Shown here: one piece after another, positions 35,538-45,813 of the stretch
How positions within the stretch are numbered: position 1 is the first letter of the stretch
How the letters are laid out: every line of letters begins with the position of its first letter
From: Myxococcota bacterium
Lineage (GTDB): Bacteria; Myxococcota_A; Polyangia; Nannocystales; Nannocystaceae
Direction: 5' to 3'
DNA length: 64,000 bases
Assembly: GCA_039194325.1 (NCBI GenBank)
Contig: JBCCWC010000011.1
Location: 1 to 64,000 of the forward strand
Translations under genes and position numbers: made by a program
Notes under the pieces: generated by a model
The model's input: the letters and a program-made list of their open reading frames with translations, nothing else
The model's database searches: none
What the model was told of the DNA's origin: nothing

Positions 35538-38500
35538 GTCGGTCGGGACGTGTCGGCCGGCAGACAGAGCATGAACGTCGTGCCCGTGCCCGCTTCCGTG
35601 TGCGCGTTGGGGGGGAGCAGCCGGAGATCTCCTTGCATGCTCCGCATGTAGTTGATGCTGCTGTGCAGGCCCAGGCCGCGGCCGTTCGTTTTGGTGGTGA
35701 ACCCGTGGCGGAAGATCCGGTCTCGCATCGCAGGGGGGATCCCGCAGCCGTGGTCGGTCATGCGCAGCCGCACGGTGTTGCGCTGCTGGTCGAGCGTGAG
35801 GGTCAGCTGCTTGTTGCTCACCCCCGCCATGGCTTCCTTGGCGTTCTTGAGCAGGTTGAGCAGCACGTGCATGAGCTTGGTCTTTTGCACCCGCACCGGG
35901 GCGACCGGCGCGTAGCGTCGCTCCACCCGCACGCCGTGCTTGGTCAGGGCATTGGCCTGGAGCACGAGCAGGTTGTCGAGCAGCTCGCGCAGATCCACGA
36001 CCTCCTCGACCAGAGCGGTCGAGCCCGCGTAGCTCTGCTGGACGTGGACCACGTCGCGGATGAGGGTGGTGCACTCGTGGAGCCGCTCGAGCTCCTGCCC
36101 CGCGGTGGTGCTTTGTTCGCGAAGCAAGGTCTCCAATTTGCGCAGGTACTGGGCCAGCATGGGTCCCCGGCCGTCGGGGGCGAACAGCTCGGGCAGGCGA
36201 TCGTGGTGTGCGTCGAGCAGCTGGTTGACCTGGGCCAGCTTGCTGAAGGACTTGCGGGCGTTGAGCCGACGCAGCTCGTCGACCGAGGTCAAGACGCTGT
36301 TGAGCACGTTGCCCACGTTGTGGACCGTCTCCGAGGCGACCTCGGCCATCCCCGCCTTGTGGGCCTCGTCGAGCAGCTCCTTTTGTGTGGCGCGTAGCTC
36401 CCGGGTGCGCTCCTCGACCCGGCGCTCCAGATCGGCGTTGAGGCGGCTGACGTTGGCGTAGAAGGCGGCGTTCTCCAGGGAGATCGCGATCTGCACGGCG
36501 ATTAGGCCGAGCAGCTCCACCCGCTGCGGGGTGAACACCCCGGGGTTGAGGTGGTTTTCCAGGTACAGCAGCGCGATCCGCTCTTCTTGTCGATGCACCG
36601 GGATGCACAAGATCGATCGCACCGCGCTTGCGCGGACGTAGTCTTGCTCGCGGTATCGCGGATCGGTGATCGCGTCGTCGACCTCCAGGTAGCGATCACC
36701 TTCGATCGTGTCGTCGACCACTGCGCGACACAGCACTCGGTCGTGCACCGCGGGATCCTCGGGGCGCGACACGACCAGCTGCTGCCCCTCGATTCGCCCC
36801 AGCGCGCGGACGTAGATCTCGTCGTGCTCGTCGCGCAGCAGCAAGACGCCTCGATCGGCCCCCGCGTTCTTGATGATCTCCATCATGATCTTCTCGACCA
36901 GGGAGTCTTCGACGATCTCGCTGGAGATGATCCGCGAGGTGGTCACGATGCTCATCAGGTCGAGCTGATCACCCAGCTGGGAGGTGCTGGTGGCCGAGGG
37001 CGATGTGGAGGTGCGGCGGGGCGGGAGCCGGTCGAGCCACCGCTCGTCGAGCTGGGCGAGCTTGCCCATCGCGCCCCACTCTTGGTACGCGTATCGGGCA
37101 TCTTCTAGGTAGATCTGGGCCATCCGCCGGCGGCCCCGTTGGTAGTAGAGCTGCGCGGCCAGCTCACCGGCAAGTCCCGCGATGGGGACGAAATCGTGGG
37201 TGCGGGCCGAGTCGATGGCCCGGTCGTAGAGCTCGAAGGCCTCGTAGTCACGACCCTCGACCCGCGCTCGCTCGGCCAGCAGCAGCAGGTGTCGGCCCTC
37301 GAAGTTGGCGGGGCCGCTTTGCGCCCATCGCCCCGCGCGTGCCATGCAGCGGTCGAGTACCGGTCGGTAGGTCGCGCGCTCGTCCTCGGACATGTCGGGG
37401 AAGGCGGCGAAGATCGCCAATGGGTAGTAGAGGCCATTTTGTGCGATCACCACCATGCCCGAGACCCCGGGCTCGTAGCGCAGGTACTGCTCGGCCGCCT
37501 CGATGGCCCCCCGGTAGTCGCCGTAGCAGTAGCGGAGCATCGACGTTGCGGCGTAGTAGTAGCCCATACCCATCGGGTTTTCGTGCTGCTGTCGCATCCA
37601 CGCCAGGTATTGCTCGGTGCAAAAACCCTCGGCGTCCAGCGACATCCGGTCGGGGGTCAGGCCGGCGAGGTTGGCGATGAGCTGCCGCTGCATCTGCACG
37701 ATCCGAAGGCACAGCTCGTAGCCCATCGGGGCGATCCAGGCGATGTCGTCGGTGATCTCCCGGTGCAGGCGGCCTAGCTCCACCCCTTGGGCGATCCGCA
37801 TCGCCGTGCGGGTCAGCACCATGAAGTTGGCGTGGACATAGTCGCCGGTCTCGCGCAGCTGGTGGTAGGCGGCGGTCCAGTAGGGCTCGCACGCCCGAAA
37901 GTGCTCGCACCAGTACTGCGCGAAGCAGGTGAAGAAGGTGGTCACCCGGCCCTGCATCGCGACGTTGCCCAGCCGCTCGTTGAGGGCCATGCCGAGCTGG
38001 CCGTACTCGTAGGCCTCCTCGTAGCGATCCATGTTGGTGATGCAAAACGCGTAGGTCACGTAGGCATAGCCCGCCGCCGGGGCATAGCCGTACTCCAGGC
38101 CGATGTTCAGCGCCATGGTGATGACGTTGATGAAGCCGTGCAGGCGACGGGGCCGGGTCTGGTAGGACGGCGGCGACAGGCCCAGCAGGATCTCCAGCGC
38201 AGCCTCCATGCGCGGGTCGTCGATGGGCGGGCCTTCGACCAGCTGGGCGATCGTGCGATCGCCCCGGAGCTCCCGGAACCGCTCGTCCTGGGCTTGCCAC
38301 TGGGCCTCGGTCGGATCGGTCTCGAACTCGATGCCCAGGGCGGCCAGAGCCTCACGACCTAGCACCAGCGCCTCGTCCATGCGGTTCTCGCTGACCAAGA
38401 TCGTCAGTTGCTTGGCCCGGATCCGGCCCTTGACGATCTCGTCGTCGCTTCGGTCGAGCAGGTCCTGGAACAGAGACTCGGCCCGACGAAAGTCGCCGCA

Positions 38501-40990
38501 CAAGAACGCGCACTCGGCCTGCTCCATCGCCAGCGACAGCGCCAGCGACAGCGACAGCGCCGATGCTGCGCCGTCCGAGGGATCACCCGACCCCGGGGCG
38601 GGGGACTCGTTGCCCAGCAGGGTCATCCCCGTGTCGGCGTATCGGGTCGCGGTTTGGTAGGCGGTGGCCCGCTTGGCCTTGAGGGCGGCCTGCAGGTTGA
38701 GGCGGGCCAGCGCGTGGCGCTCGTTGGGCTCGGTGATGAGCTCGGCTCCGATGTCGAGGTGATTGACCGTCTCGAAGGCCACCTCGTCACCCATGTCCCT
38801 CCACATCAGCCGGCCGATCTGTAAATGGAGGGGGCTACGCTCCTGGTCGGGGATCAGGGCGTAGGCCGCCTGCTGCACCCGGTCGTGCAAGAACCGGTAC
38901 TTGGCGTTCGCTCGGGTCGCGTCGAGTCGGGGGTCGGCGATGGCCTGGTCGAATTCTCGGCCCCGGGGGCTGAGTCCGATGAGCTCGTGCGCGCGGCCCA
39001 CCGGCAGCACCAGGCCGGCCTCCAGCGTGGGCCACAGTCGGGCGAGGGCTTCGCGGGTGGTCGTCTCACAGATCGTGGCCAGCGTGTTCAGCTCGAAGGT
39101 GTTGCCGATGCAGGCGGCTCGTCGCAGGACCTCTTGGGTCTGCGGATCCAGCGAGCGCAGGGTGCTCAGCAGCAGCTCCAGCACGTCGCGGGCCAGATGG
39201 ATCGCGTCGAGTCGCTCGCGGTGCCAGGTGAAGCGGCCGCGCTGGAGATCGAGCTCGATGACCCGTTGTTCGTAGAGCGCGGCCAGTAGCTGCCGCAAGA
39301 AGAAGGGGTTGCCCAGCGTACGATCGGAGAGGATCTGGGCCAGCGGGGCCACGTCGTCCGGCGAACGGGACAGCGTGTCGGCCAAGAGGGCCTGGATGTC
39401 GGCCAGCCGCAGCGGGCTGAGCCTCATCGTGTGGTAGGTGCTGCCGCCCTCGGTGATCTCGCCCAGGGTACGGCTCAGCGGGTGCGTCGCGTCGACCTCG
39501 TTATCGCGGTAGGCGCCCAGCAGCAGCAGGTACTGCGAGCGTGAGCCCGAGGCGATCCGGCGCAGTAGCCTCAGCGAGGCCGCATCGGCCCACTGCAGGT
39601 CGTCGATGAAGATCACCAGCGGGTGTTCGCGGCGAGCGAAGGTGGCGATGAGCTCGGCGAAGAGCCGATCGGAGCGGTTGGCCGATTCGGTCGGGCCCAG
39701 GGGCGGTACCGGGGGCTGGGGGCCGATGAGCTGCGTAAGCTCGGGGATCGCGTTGACCATCACCTGCCCGTGGCCGGCCATCGCGTCGCGTAGCCGCGTG
39801 GCCAGGCGGCTGGTGATCGTGGTGGATTGCTCGAGTACCTGGCGCACCAGGGCGCGCAGGCCGTGGATCAGCGCGGAGTAGGGGATGTCTTGACCGAGCT
39901 GGTCGTACTTGCCGGAGACGAAGTGGCCGCGGCGGGCCACGATCGGCTTGTGGAGCTCGTGGACCAGCGAGGTCTTGCCGATCCCCGAGTACCCGGCGAC
40001 CAGCATCAGCGAGGCGCGCCCCCGCCGGCAGACCAGCTCGAACTCGCTCAGCAGCCGCTCGACCTCGGGCTCCCGGCCGTAGAGTTTTTGCGAGATCTGT
40101 AGCCTATCGACCAGATCGTGCCGGGCCAGGGGAAAGGGATCGAGGTGACCGTCGCGTTGCCACCGCTCGTGGCACCGCTCCAGATCTCGGGCCAATCCGT
40201 AGGCGCTCTGGTAGCGATCCTCGGCGTTCTTCTCCATCAGCTTGAGCACGATGTCGCCCAGCACTGCCGGGATCCGTGGGTCGACGGCGCACACCGGCCG
40301 AGGCGCTCGGGCGATGTGGGCGTGGATCATCGCGATCGGCTCGTCGTAGTCGAAGGGCAGCACCCCGGTGAGCATTTGGTACAGGCACACCCCCAGGGAG
40401 TAGAGGTCGGTGCGGTGATCGACCGCGCGGTTCATCCGGCCGGTCTGTTCGGGGGACGAGTAGGACAGCGAGCCGGTCATGACGATCGGGCCGGCGGTGT
40501 CCGGATCTTCGCGGTGGAGCAGCGACGCCATGCCGAAGTCGGCGATCCGGATGTCGCCCGACTCGCGGTTGATGATGAAGTTGGCTGGCTTGAGATCCTT
40601 GTGGATGATCCCGTGCTGGTGGATCGCCGCCACCGCCCGGGCCAGCTGTTGCGCCTGGTCGAGGAACCGCTCGATGTTGAGCGGGGCCTCGGGGCTCGAC
40701 GAGCGCAGGTCTTCGGCCAGGGAGATCCCCCCGATGTCCTCGCACACCAGGACCGGCCGGCCCTCGTGCTTGAGGATCTCGTGGACGCGGATGATCCCGG
40801 GGATCTCGCGCTTGCCCACCACCTCGTACTCGTGCTTGAGGCGGTTGATCTCGGCGATCGTCGGGCCATCGCTGGCGGGCATCTTGAGGATGACCGACTC
40901 GCCGTGCCCGGCATGATGCGCCCGAACGACCAGGGTGCGGGCCGTATGATAGAGGACGCGGTCGGTGTGATACGGCGGAATCTCGATCAT
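35528..40990 (-). CDS. Multidomain Ser/Thr kinase - AAA/STAND ATPase - GAF - histidine kinase
   Basis: HKDLKPAN, DFG and SPEQTGRMNR; Walker A GYSGIGKT; Walker B IFIDDLQWAD; GAF SILCIP...LYLEN; H-box VHNVGNVLN; N/G boxes NLLKNA, DHGCGI and GRGLGL. Confidence 0.95.
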   Translation of the reverse strand: MIEIPPYHTDRVLYHTARTLVVRAHHAGHGESVILKMPASDGPTIAEINRLKHEYEVVGKREIPGIIRVHEILKHEGRPVLVCEDIGGISLAEDLRSSSPEAPLNIERFLDQAQQLARAVAAIHQHGIIHKDLKPANFIINRESGDIRIADFGMASLLHREDPDTAGPIVMTGSLSYSSPEQTGRMNRAVDHRTDLYSLGVCLYQMLTGVLPFDYDEPIAMIHAHIARAPRPVCAVDPRIPAVLGDIVLKLMEKNAEDRYQSAYGLARDLERCHERWQRDGHLDPFPLARHDLVDRLQISQKLYGREPEVERLLSEFELVCRRGRASLMLVAGYSGIGKTSLVHELHKPIVARRGHFVSGKYDQLGQDIPYSALIHGLRALVRQVLEQSTTITSRLATRLRDAMAGHGQVMVNAIPELTQLIGPQPPVPPLGPTESANRSDRLFAELIATFARREHPLVIFIDDLQWADAASLRLLRRIASGSRSQYLLLLGAYRDNEVDATHPLSRTLGEITEGGSTYHTMRLSPLRLADIQALLADTLSRSPDDVAPLAQILSDRTLGNPFFLRQLLAALYEQRVIELDLQRGRFTWHRERLDAIHLARDVLELLLSTLRSLDPQTQEVLRRAACIGNTFELNTLATICETTTREALARLWPTLEAGLVLPVGRAHELIGLSPRGREFDQAIADPRLDATRANAKYRFLHDRVQQAAYALIPDQERSPLHLQIGRLMWRDMGDEVAFETVNHLDIGAELITEPNERHALARLNLQAALKAKRATAYQTATRYADTGMTLLGNESPAPGSGDPSDGAASALSLSLALSLAMEQAECAFLCGDFRRAESLFQDLLDRSDDEIVKGRIRAKQLTILVSENRMDEALVLGREALAALGIEFETDPTEAQWQAQDERFRELRGDRTIAQLVEGPPIDDPRMEAALEILLGLSPPSYQTRPRRLHGFINVITMALNIGLEYGYAPAAGYAYVTYAFCITNMDRYEEAYEYGQLGMALNERLGNVAMQGRVTTFFTCFAQYWCEHFRACEPYWTAAYHQLRETGDYVHANFMVLTRTAMRIAQGVELGRLHREITDDIAWIAPMGYELCLRIVQMQRQLIANLAGLTPDRMSLDAEGFCTEQYLAWMRQQHENPMGMGYYYAATSMLRYCYGDYRGAIEAAEQYLRYEPGVSGMVVIAQNGLYYPLAIFAAFPDMSEDERATYRPVLDRCMARAGRWAQSGPANFEGRHLLLLAERARVEGRDYEAFELYDRAIDSARTHDFVPIAGLAGELAAQLYYQRGRRRMAQIYLEDARYAYQEWGAMGKLAQLDERWLDRLPPRRTSTSPSATSTSQLGDQLDLMSIVTTSRIISSEIVEDSLVEKIMMEIIKNAGADRGVLLLRDEHDEIYVRALGRIEGQQLVVSRPEDPAVHDRVLCRAVVDDTIEGDRYLEVDDAITDPRYREQDYVRASAVRSILCIPVHRQEERIALLYLENHLNPGVFTPQRVELLGLIAVQIAISLENAAFYANVSRLNADLERRVEERTRELRATQKELLDEAHKAGMAEVASETVHNVGNVLNSVLTSVDELRRLNARKSFSKLAQVNQLLDAHHDRLPELFAPDGRGPMLAQYLRKLETLLREQSTTAGQELERLHECTTLIRDVVHVQQSYAGSTALVEEVVDLRELLDNLLVLQANALTKHGVRVERRYAPVAPVRVQKTKLMHVLLNLLKNAKEAMAGVSNKQLTLTLDQQRNTVRLRMTDHGCGIPPAMRDRIFRHGFTTKTNGRGLGLHSSINYMRSMQGDLRLLPPNAHTEAGTGTTFMLCLPADTSRPTQE

Positions 40991-41023
40991 CTTGATCTCC
41001 CAGCGGGCACTCCGGCCCCAGCT

Positions 41024-41069
41024 CCTCCGGCCAGTGCCTCCGGCCAGTGCCTCCGGCCAGTGCCTCCGG
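41024..41069. repeat. Intergenic tandem repeat, 13-bp unit CCTCCGGCCAGTG x3.5
   Basis: Read directly from the sequence. Confidence 0.9.
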
Positions 41070-41077
41070 TATCGGGA

Positions 41078-43072
41078 TCAGCCGATTTCGACGAGGCGGC
41101 GTGCAACCGCGCGGCGGATGCTCTGGGCGCTGAATGGCTTGCGGACGCAGCGTGTATCGGGGTGTCTCAAGAACAGCTCGAGCGACTCGTCGACCACTCC
41201 CCCGGTAATGAACAGGAATCGGCCGGCTTGCTGGTCATGGTGGGCGGTGAGTCGCTCGTAGACCTCGATCCCGCTCAGATCGGGCATCATGATGTCGCAG
41301 ACCAGCAGGTCGAACGACTCCTCACGACATCGCTCCAGCGCCTCCCGGCCTCCGTGGGCGAGGCGAATGTCGTAGCCCTGTAGGGCGCGTTGGAGCATGC
41401 GTAGGATCAGGGGATCGTCGTCGATGAGCAGGACTTTGGTCTTGCCCTGCTCGGCGGTGGTGGGCTCGGCGGTGGCGGGCTCGGAGGTGGCGGGCTCGGC
41501 GGTGGCGGGCTCGGCGGTGGCGGGCTCGGCCGTGGGGGACTGGGCCGTGGGGGACTGGGCCGTGGGGGACGGTGTGGTGAGCGTCTCGTCGGGGGATTGC
41601 GCCGAGACCTCGGTCGGCGCCTCGGTCTGGACGGTGGGGAGCACGATGTGTACCGTCGTGCCTTGGCCGGGCTCGCTGGTCAGGGTCAGCTCACCGCCGG
41701 CGCCGGTGATCATCTCGCGACACAGTGTCAGGCCCAGGCCGGTACCTTGCCCGACGGGCTTGGTCGTGTAGAAGGGATCGAACACGTGGGTCGCGATCTC
41801 CGGCTCGATCCCGTGGCCGGTGTCGGAGATCTCGATGCTCACCTGCCGTCCGGGCCGGAGGGTGACGTCGATCCGGACCTCATGGTCCTCGGCGCGGCCG
41901 TCGGGGATCGCGTGGCCGGCGTTGATGAGCAGGTTGATCAGCACCTGCTCGAGCTCTCGCTCCCCGATCCGTACCGGCGGGACCCGCCCCTGCACGACCG
42001 AGAGTCGCGCCCGGTGGCGCAGCTCGTTGCGGGTCAAGACGGTGGCGGTCTCGATCGCCTTGGCGACGTCGGCCCGCGAGGCACGACCATGGTCGTTGCG
42101 CGCGACGTTTCGCATCGCCGCGACGATCTCGCTGATCCGCGCCGTGCCGTTGATCGACGCGTCGAGGCTCTCGCGCACCTCGGCCCACAGCCCGGGGTTG
42201 TCGGGACTGGTCTGTAGCTGGTCTAGATCGAGCGCCATCAGCTCCAGGTTGCCGGTCACGAAGCACAAGGGGTTGTTGATCTCGTGACCGACCGAAGCGC
42301 ACAGGCGCCCCAGCGCCTGCACCTTCTGGAGATGACGGGTCTTGCGCTCCGCCTCGAGGCGTTCTTGCATCTGCTGGCGCAGACGCTCGTGGCTGGCGGC
42401 GAGCTCCTCGGTGCGTGCCTGCACCGTGGCCTCGAGGCGCTCGTGCATCGCGGCGTGTTCGCGCAATAGCGACCACTTGGCGGTCAGGGCCATGGCCAGC
42501 TGCAGGACCTCGACGCTCTCGAAGGGCTTCTTGAGCAGCAACAGCCGATCGGTGTGACCCAGCTCGTCGAGCAATTGGTGCCACGAATAGTCCGAGTATG
42601 CGGTGCACAGCACCACCTGTAGGTTGGGATCGACCTGCCACAGGCGCTGGGTGGTCTGCACTCCGTCCCACCCGGGTGGCATGCGGATATCGACGAACGC
42701 GAGCGCGTACGGATCGCCTTGGCGCACGCTGTGCTCGACCATCGCCAGCCCCTGCTGCCCTTGCAAGGCTCCGTCCACCGTGAAGGACGGCCCCGCGGCC
42801 GGCATCGAGGACGGCGTAGAATCCGGGCGTTGGCCGAACAGGGCCTGCTCGAGATCCGCCATCGAATTCGACGGAGCCGACTGTGCCGGAGCCGACTGTG
42901 CCGGAGCCGACTGTGCCGGAGCCGACTGTGACGGACTCTGTGCGCCCATTGCACCGAAGATCCGCCGAAAATCCCCGTGGATCCTCTCGGTGTCGTCGAC
43001 GACCAGGATCCGGTACGACTTCGCCTCGGTCGAGTTCCCCAGTGTACGGGGAGAAGAGTGATGTTCGATCAC
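41078..43072 (-). CDS. Hybrid sensor kinase: REC - HisKA - HATPase - REC
   Basis: RILVVDD...FVDIRMPPGWDG...KPF; GHEINNPL; QVLINLLINA; DPFYTTKPVGQGTGLGL; VLLIDDD...CDIMMPDLSG...KPF. Confidence 0.93.
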   Translation of the reverse strand: MIEHHSSPRTLGNSTEAKSYRILVVDDTERIHGDFRRIFGAMGAQSPSQSAPAQSAPAQSAPAQSAPSNSMADLEQALFGQRPDSTPSSMPAAGPSFTVDGALQGQQGLAMVEHSVRQGDPYALAFVDIRMPPGWDGVQTTQRLWQVDPNLQVVLCTAYSDYSWHQLLDELGHTDRLLLLKKPFESVEVLQLAMALTAKWSLLREHAAMHERLEATVQARTEELAASHERLRQQMQERLEAERKTRHLQKVQALGRLCASVGHEINNPLCFVTGNLELMALDLDQLQTSPDNPGLWAEVRESLDASINGTARISEIVAAMRNVARNDHGRASRADVAKAIETATVLTRNELRHRARLSVVQGRVPPVRIGERELEQVLINLLINAGHAIPDGRAEDHEVRIDVTLRPGRQVSIEISDTGHGIEPEIATHVFDPFYTTKPVGQGTGLGLTLCREMITGAGGELTLTSEPGQGTTVHIVLPTVQTEAPTEVSAQSPDETLTTPSPTAQSPTAQSPTAEPATAEPATAEPATSEPATAEPTTAEQGKTKVLLIDDDPLILRMLQRALQGYDIRLAHGGREALERCREESFDLLVCDIMMPDLSGIEVYERLTAHHDQQAGRFLFITGGVVDESLELFLRHPDTRCVRKPFSAQSIRRAVARRLVEIG
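41449..41570. repeat. Coding 15-bp repeats (AQSPT/AEPAT) in the HATPase-REC linker
   Basis: Read directly from the sequence. Confidence 0.85.
42872..42930. repeat. Coding 15-bp repeat CGGAGCCGACTGTGC x4 (AQSAP) inside the N-terminal REC insertion
   Basis: Read directly from the sequence. Confidence 0.88.
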
Positions 43073-43309
43073 CGTTGCAAAGAACAGTCTAGACAGAAAG
43101 ATCGCACCTACGCCATATCATAAACTGACAGTTGCGAAGTGGGCCGGGTCGCATTGAGCGGATTCGACCGAACGGCGAATCGTCTGCAATAATTGCGGCC
43201 ATGACGTCGTCGGTGTCGAACAGAACGTTGTCAGCAAGCGGGCATGTCGGCGCCACCGTGGGGAGCGTCGTCTCGCCGGTGGGGAGCATCGCCGCGCCGG
43301 CGGGGATCG

Positions 43310-45811
43310 CTAGCGCACGCTGAACCGAGCGCCTCGGCTATCGAGCGAGTACGCGCGACCCCGTGGGCGAACGTGAACCTCATGGTCACCGGGGACAAGC
43401 TCGACCAGGGCGTGGTACGGCCAGTCGCTGGTGGCGACCACATCGCCGTCCACCACGAACTCCACCCGTGGAGCGACCGACGCTGGATCCGCCGCGTTGC
43501 CCTGCAGCTCGGCGCGCAGCTCGACCACGTCGTGGTCGTGCCCAGACCAAAAGACCGCCCCGTCGGTCGGCTCCACGATCGCCAGCACCGTCGGTCCAGC
43601 CGCGGGCGCGCAGCCCGGGGTGCGCTCGGCCGCCAGCCACGGCGTTCCCCAGGGATCTTCGCCGGGGGCGCCCACCGGCCGCTCGTCGAGCCACGCGGTG
43701 AATGGCGCGGGTAGCACCGCGATCGTCTGCTCGCCATGCGGATCGCAGGTGTAGGGGCGCGCGGCCGAAGGTTCCGGGCGGGCGTGTACGTGCAGGGTGC
43801 AGGGCTCTTGCGGCACGTGGGAGGCGGCCAGCGGGCGAGTTACCGTGTGCTCGCAGGCGGGCCCGGGGCGTTGCCCGGACAGCGGACAGACCTCCACGGG
43901 CTCCAGCAACGCCGGATCCCACAGCGGCGCTCGCGTAGGGACGTCTCGCATGGCCCGGCGCATCACGTCGGCGAACAGCGGTCCGGCGCCGCCGGCCCCG
44001 GTGACCTCGTGCATGGGGCTGGCGTCGGCGTTGCCTAGCCACACCGCGACGGTGCGCTCGTGGGTGTAGCCGACCGTCCAGGCGTCGCGGTAGCCGGAGC
44101 TGGTGCCCGTCTTGAGGGCCACGGCAAAGCCGATGTCGAAGGGTCGATGCCCGGGGGGCAACAGCCGGCGGCGCGCGAGAGGATCGGACAGGGCCTCGGT
44201 CACCATGGCCGCGACCGCGGGCTCGATCACCGGGGTGGTGGTCGGTGCGTCGGCGCCCATCACCATTTGCAGGGGCCGGTGCTCCCCGCCGTGGGCCAGG
44301 GTCACGTAGGCCTCGGCCAGCTCGCGCAGGCCCACCTCGCCGCTGCCCAGGGAAAGGGCCAGTCCGTAGTGCTCGGCCGGCTCGCGCAGGCTCCCAAGGC
44401 CCAGGCGGCGTAGCGTCTGCAGCAATTGTCCCGGGGGTAGCTGCGAGGCCAGGCGTACCGCGGGGATGTTGAGGCTGGTGGCCAGGGCCTCGCGGGCGGT
44501 GACCGGCCCGGTGAAGGCGCCGTGGTAGTTGCGCGGGGCGTACACGTGCCCCGGACCCTCACGGAATCGGGTGGGCACGTCGGGCAACAGCTCCAGCGGC
44601 GAGTGCCCCGCCGCGAAGGCCAGCCCGTAGACGAAGGGCTTGAGCGTCGAGCCCGGCTGCCGAGGCGCGCGCACCATGTCCACCTGCCCGGCGATCGCCG
44701 GATCGTGGAAATCCGCGCTCCCCACGTAGGCCAGCACCTGTGCGGTGGCGTTGTCGACCACGAGCACCGCGGCGTCGCCAGCCCCCTGGTCCACCATGCG
44801 GGCCATCTGGGTGCGGACCAGCCCCTCCACGTCGGCCTGGAGCGAGAGATCGATCGTGGTGGTGGTTGTGGAACCGGATTGCAGTCGGCCCTCGCTTTGC
44901 AGGGTCTGGACCAGGTGCGGGGCGAGGAAGGGGCGGGCCAGGGGGCGCGGCTCGATGGGCTCGGCCAGGGCCCGTCGTAGCTGGGCTGCGTCGATCTCAC
45001 CGGCCTCGTGGAGCGCCCGCAGCAGCGCCCGCTGACGCACGAGCACCCGATCGGCGTGTCGGTAGGGATCGAGGTGCGAGGGGGCCCGAGGCAGCACCGC
45101 CAAGAACGCCGCCTGGGCCCACGACAGCTGGCGCGCGGTCACCCCGAAGTACCCCTGGGCGGCGGCCTGGGGTCCGACCAGCCCGTGGCCGTAGGGGAGG
45201 CGGTTGACGTAGGCTTCGAGGATCTCGTCCTTGCTCAAGGCATCGTCGAGGTTGCGGGCTCGCGCCGCCTCACGCAGCTTGACCCACACGTCACGGGGCT
45301 CGGGTTGCCCGCGGGTGTCGAGCAGCTTGACCAGCTGCTGGGTGATCGTGCTGGCGCCCGAGACCACCCGCCGATGGCGGAGGTTCTGGCTCATCGCGCG
45401 CACAATAGCCGCGGGATCCACCCCGTCGTGCTCATAGAAGCGGGTGTCCTCGCTGACCCGGGTCGCGGTCAGCAGTCGCGGACCTATCTGTGCCAGGGAC
45501 AGCGGCTGGCCCCGGCGGCCGAGCTCCCCGGGGAGCTCCCGGAGCAGCTGCCCGTGGCGATCGAGGACCCGATGGCCCGAGTACCAGTCGTCGTGCAGGG
45601 CCTCGCGGGGGCGATCGACCTGCTGCCGCAGCCAGGACCACAAGGTGGCCCAGCCCACCCAGGCGGTGGCCACCAGCAGGACCAGCGTGCCCAGGACCAG
45701 CCGCCGTCGTCGTCGCCATCGTGGTCGCGGTTGTGGTTGCTCGGTGGTCATCATCGTCGACTCGGAGGGCTCGGCCGGGCCGGGAGATTCGGGGTAAAGG
45801 TCGCGTTGCAT
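43310..45811 (-). CDS. pbpC: Penicillin-binding protein 1C
   Basis: Transglycosylase EDTRFYEHDGVD and GASTITQQLVK; transpeptidase GSTLKPF (SxxK), SLN and KTGTS. Lies directly downstream of the alpha-2-macroglobulin gene. Confidence 0.92.
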   Translation of the reverse strand: MQRDLYPESPGPAEPSESTMMTTEQPQPRPRWRRRRRLVLGTLVLLVATAWVGWATLWSWLRQQVDRPREALHDDWYSGHRVLDRHGQLLRELPGELGRRGQPLSLAQIGPRLLTATRVSEDTRFYEHDGVDPAAIVRAMSQNLRHRRVVSGASTITQQLVKLLDTRGQPEPRDVWVKLREAARARNLDDALSKDEILEAYVNRLPYGHGLVGPQAAAQGYFGVTARQLSWAQAAFLAVLPRAPSHLDPYRHADRVLVRQRALLRALHEAGEIDAAQLRRALAEPIEPRPLARPFLAPHLVQTLQSEGRLQSGSTTTTTIDLSLQADVEGLVRTQMARMVDQGAGDAAVLVVDNATAQVLAYVGSADFHDPAIAGQVDMVRAPRQPGSTLKPFVYGLAFAAGHSPLELLPDVPTRFREGPGHVYAPRNYHGAFTGPVTAREALATSLNIPAVRLASQLPPGQLLQTLRRLGLGSLREPAEHYGLALSLGSGEVGLRELAEAYVTLAHGGEHRPLQMVMGADAPTTTPVIEPAVAAMVTEALSDPLARRRLLPPGHRPFDIGFAVALKTGTSSGYRDAWTVGYTHERTVAVWLGNADASPMHEVTGAGGAGPLFADVMRRAMRDVPTRAPLWDPALLEPVEVCPLSGQRPGPACEHTVTRPLAASHVPQEPCTLHVHARPEPSAARPYTCDPHGEQTIAVLPAPFTAWLDERPVGAPGEDPWGTPWLAAERTPGCAPAAGPTVLAIVEPTDGAVFWSGHDHDVVELRAELQGNAADPASVAPRVEFVVDGDVVATSDWPYHALVELVPGDHEVHVRPRGRAYSLDSRGARFSVR

Positions 45812-45813
45812 GG

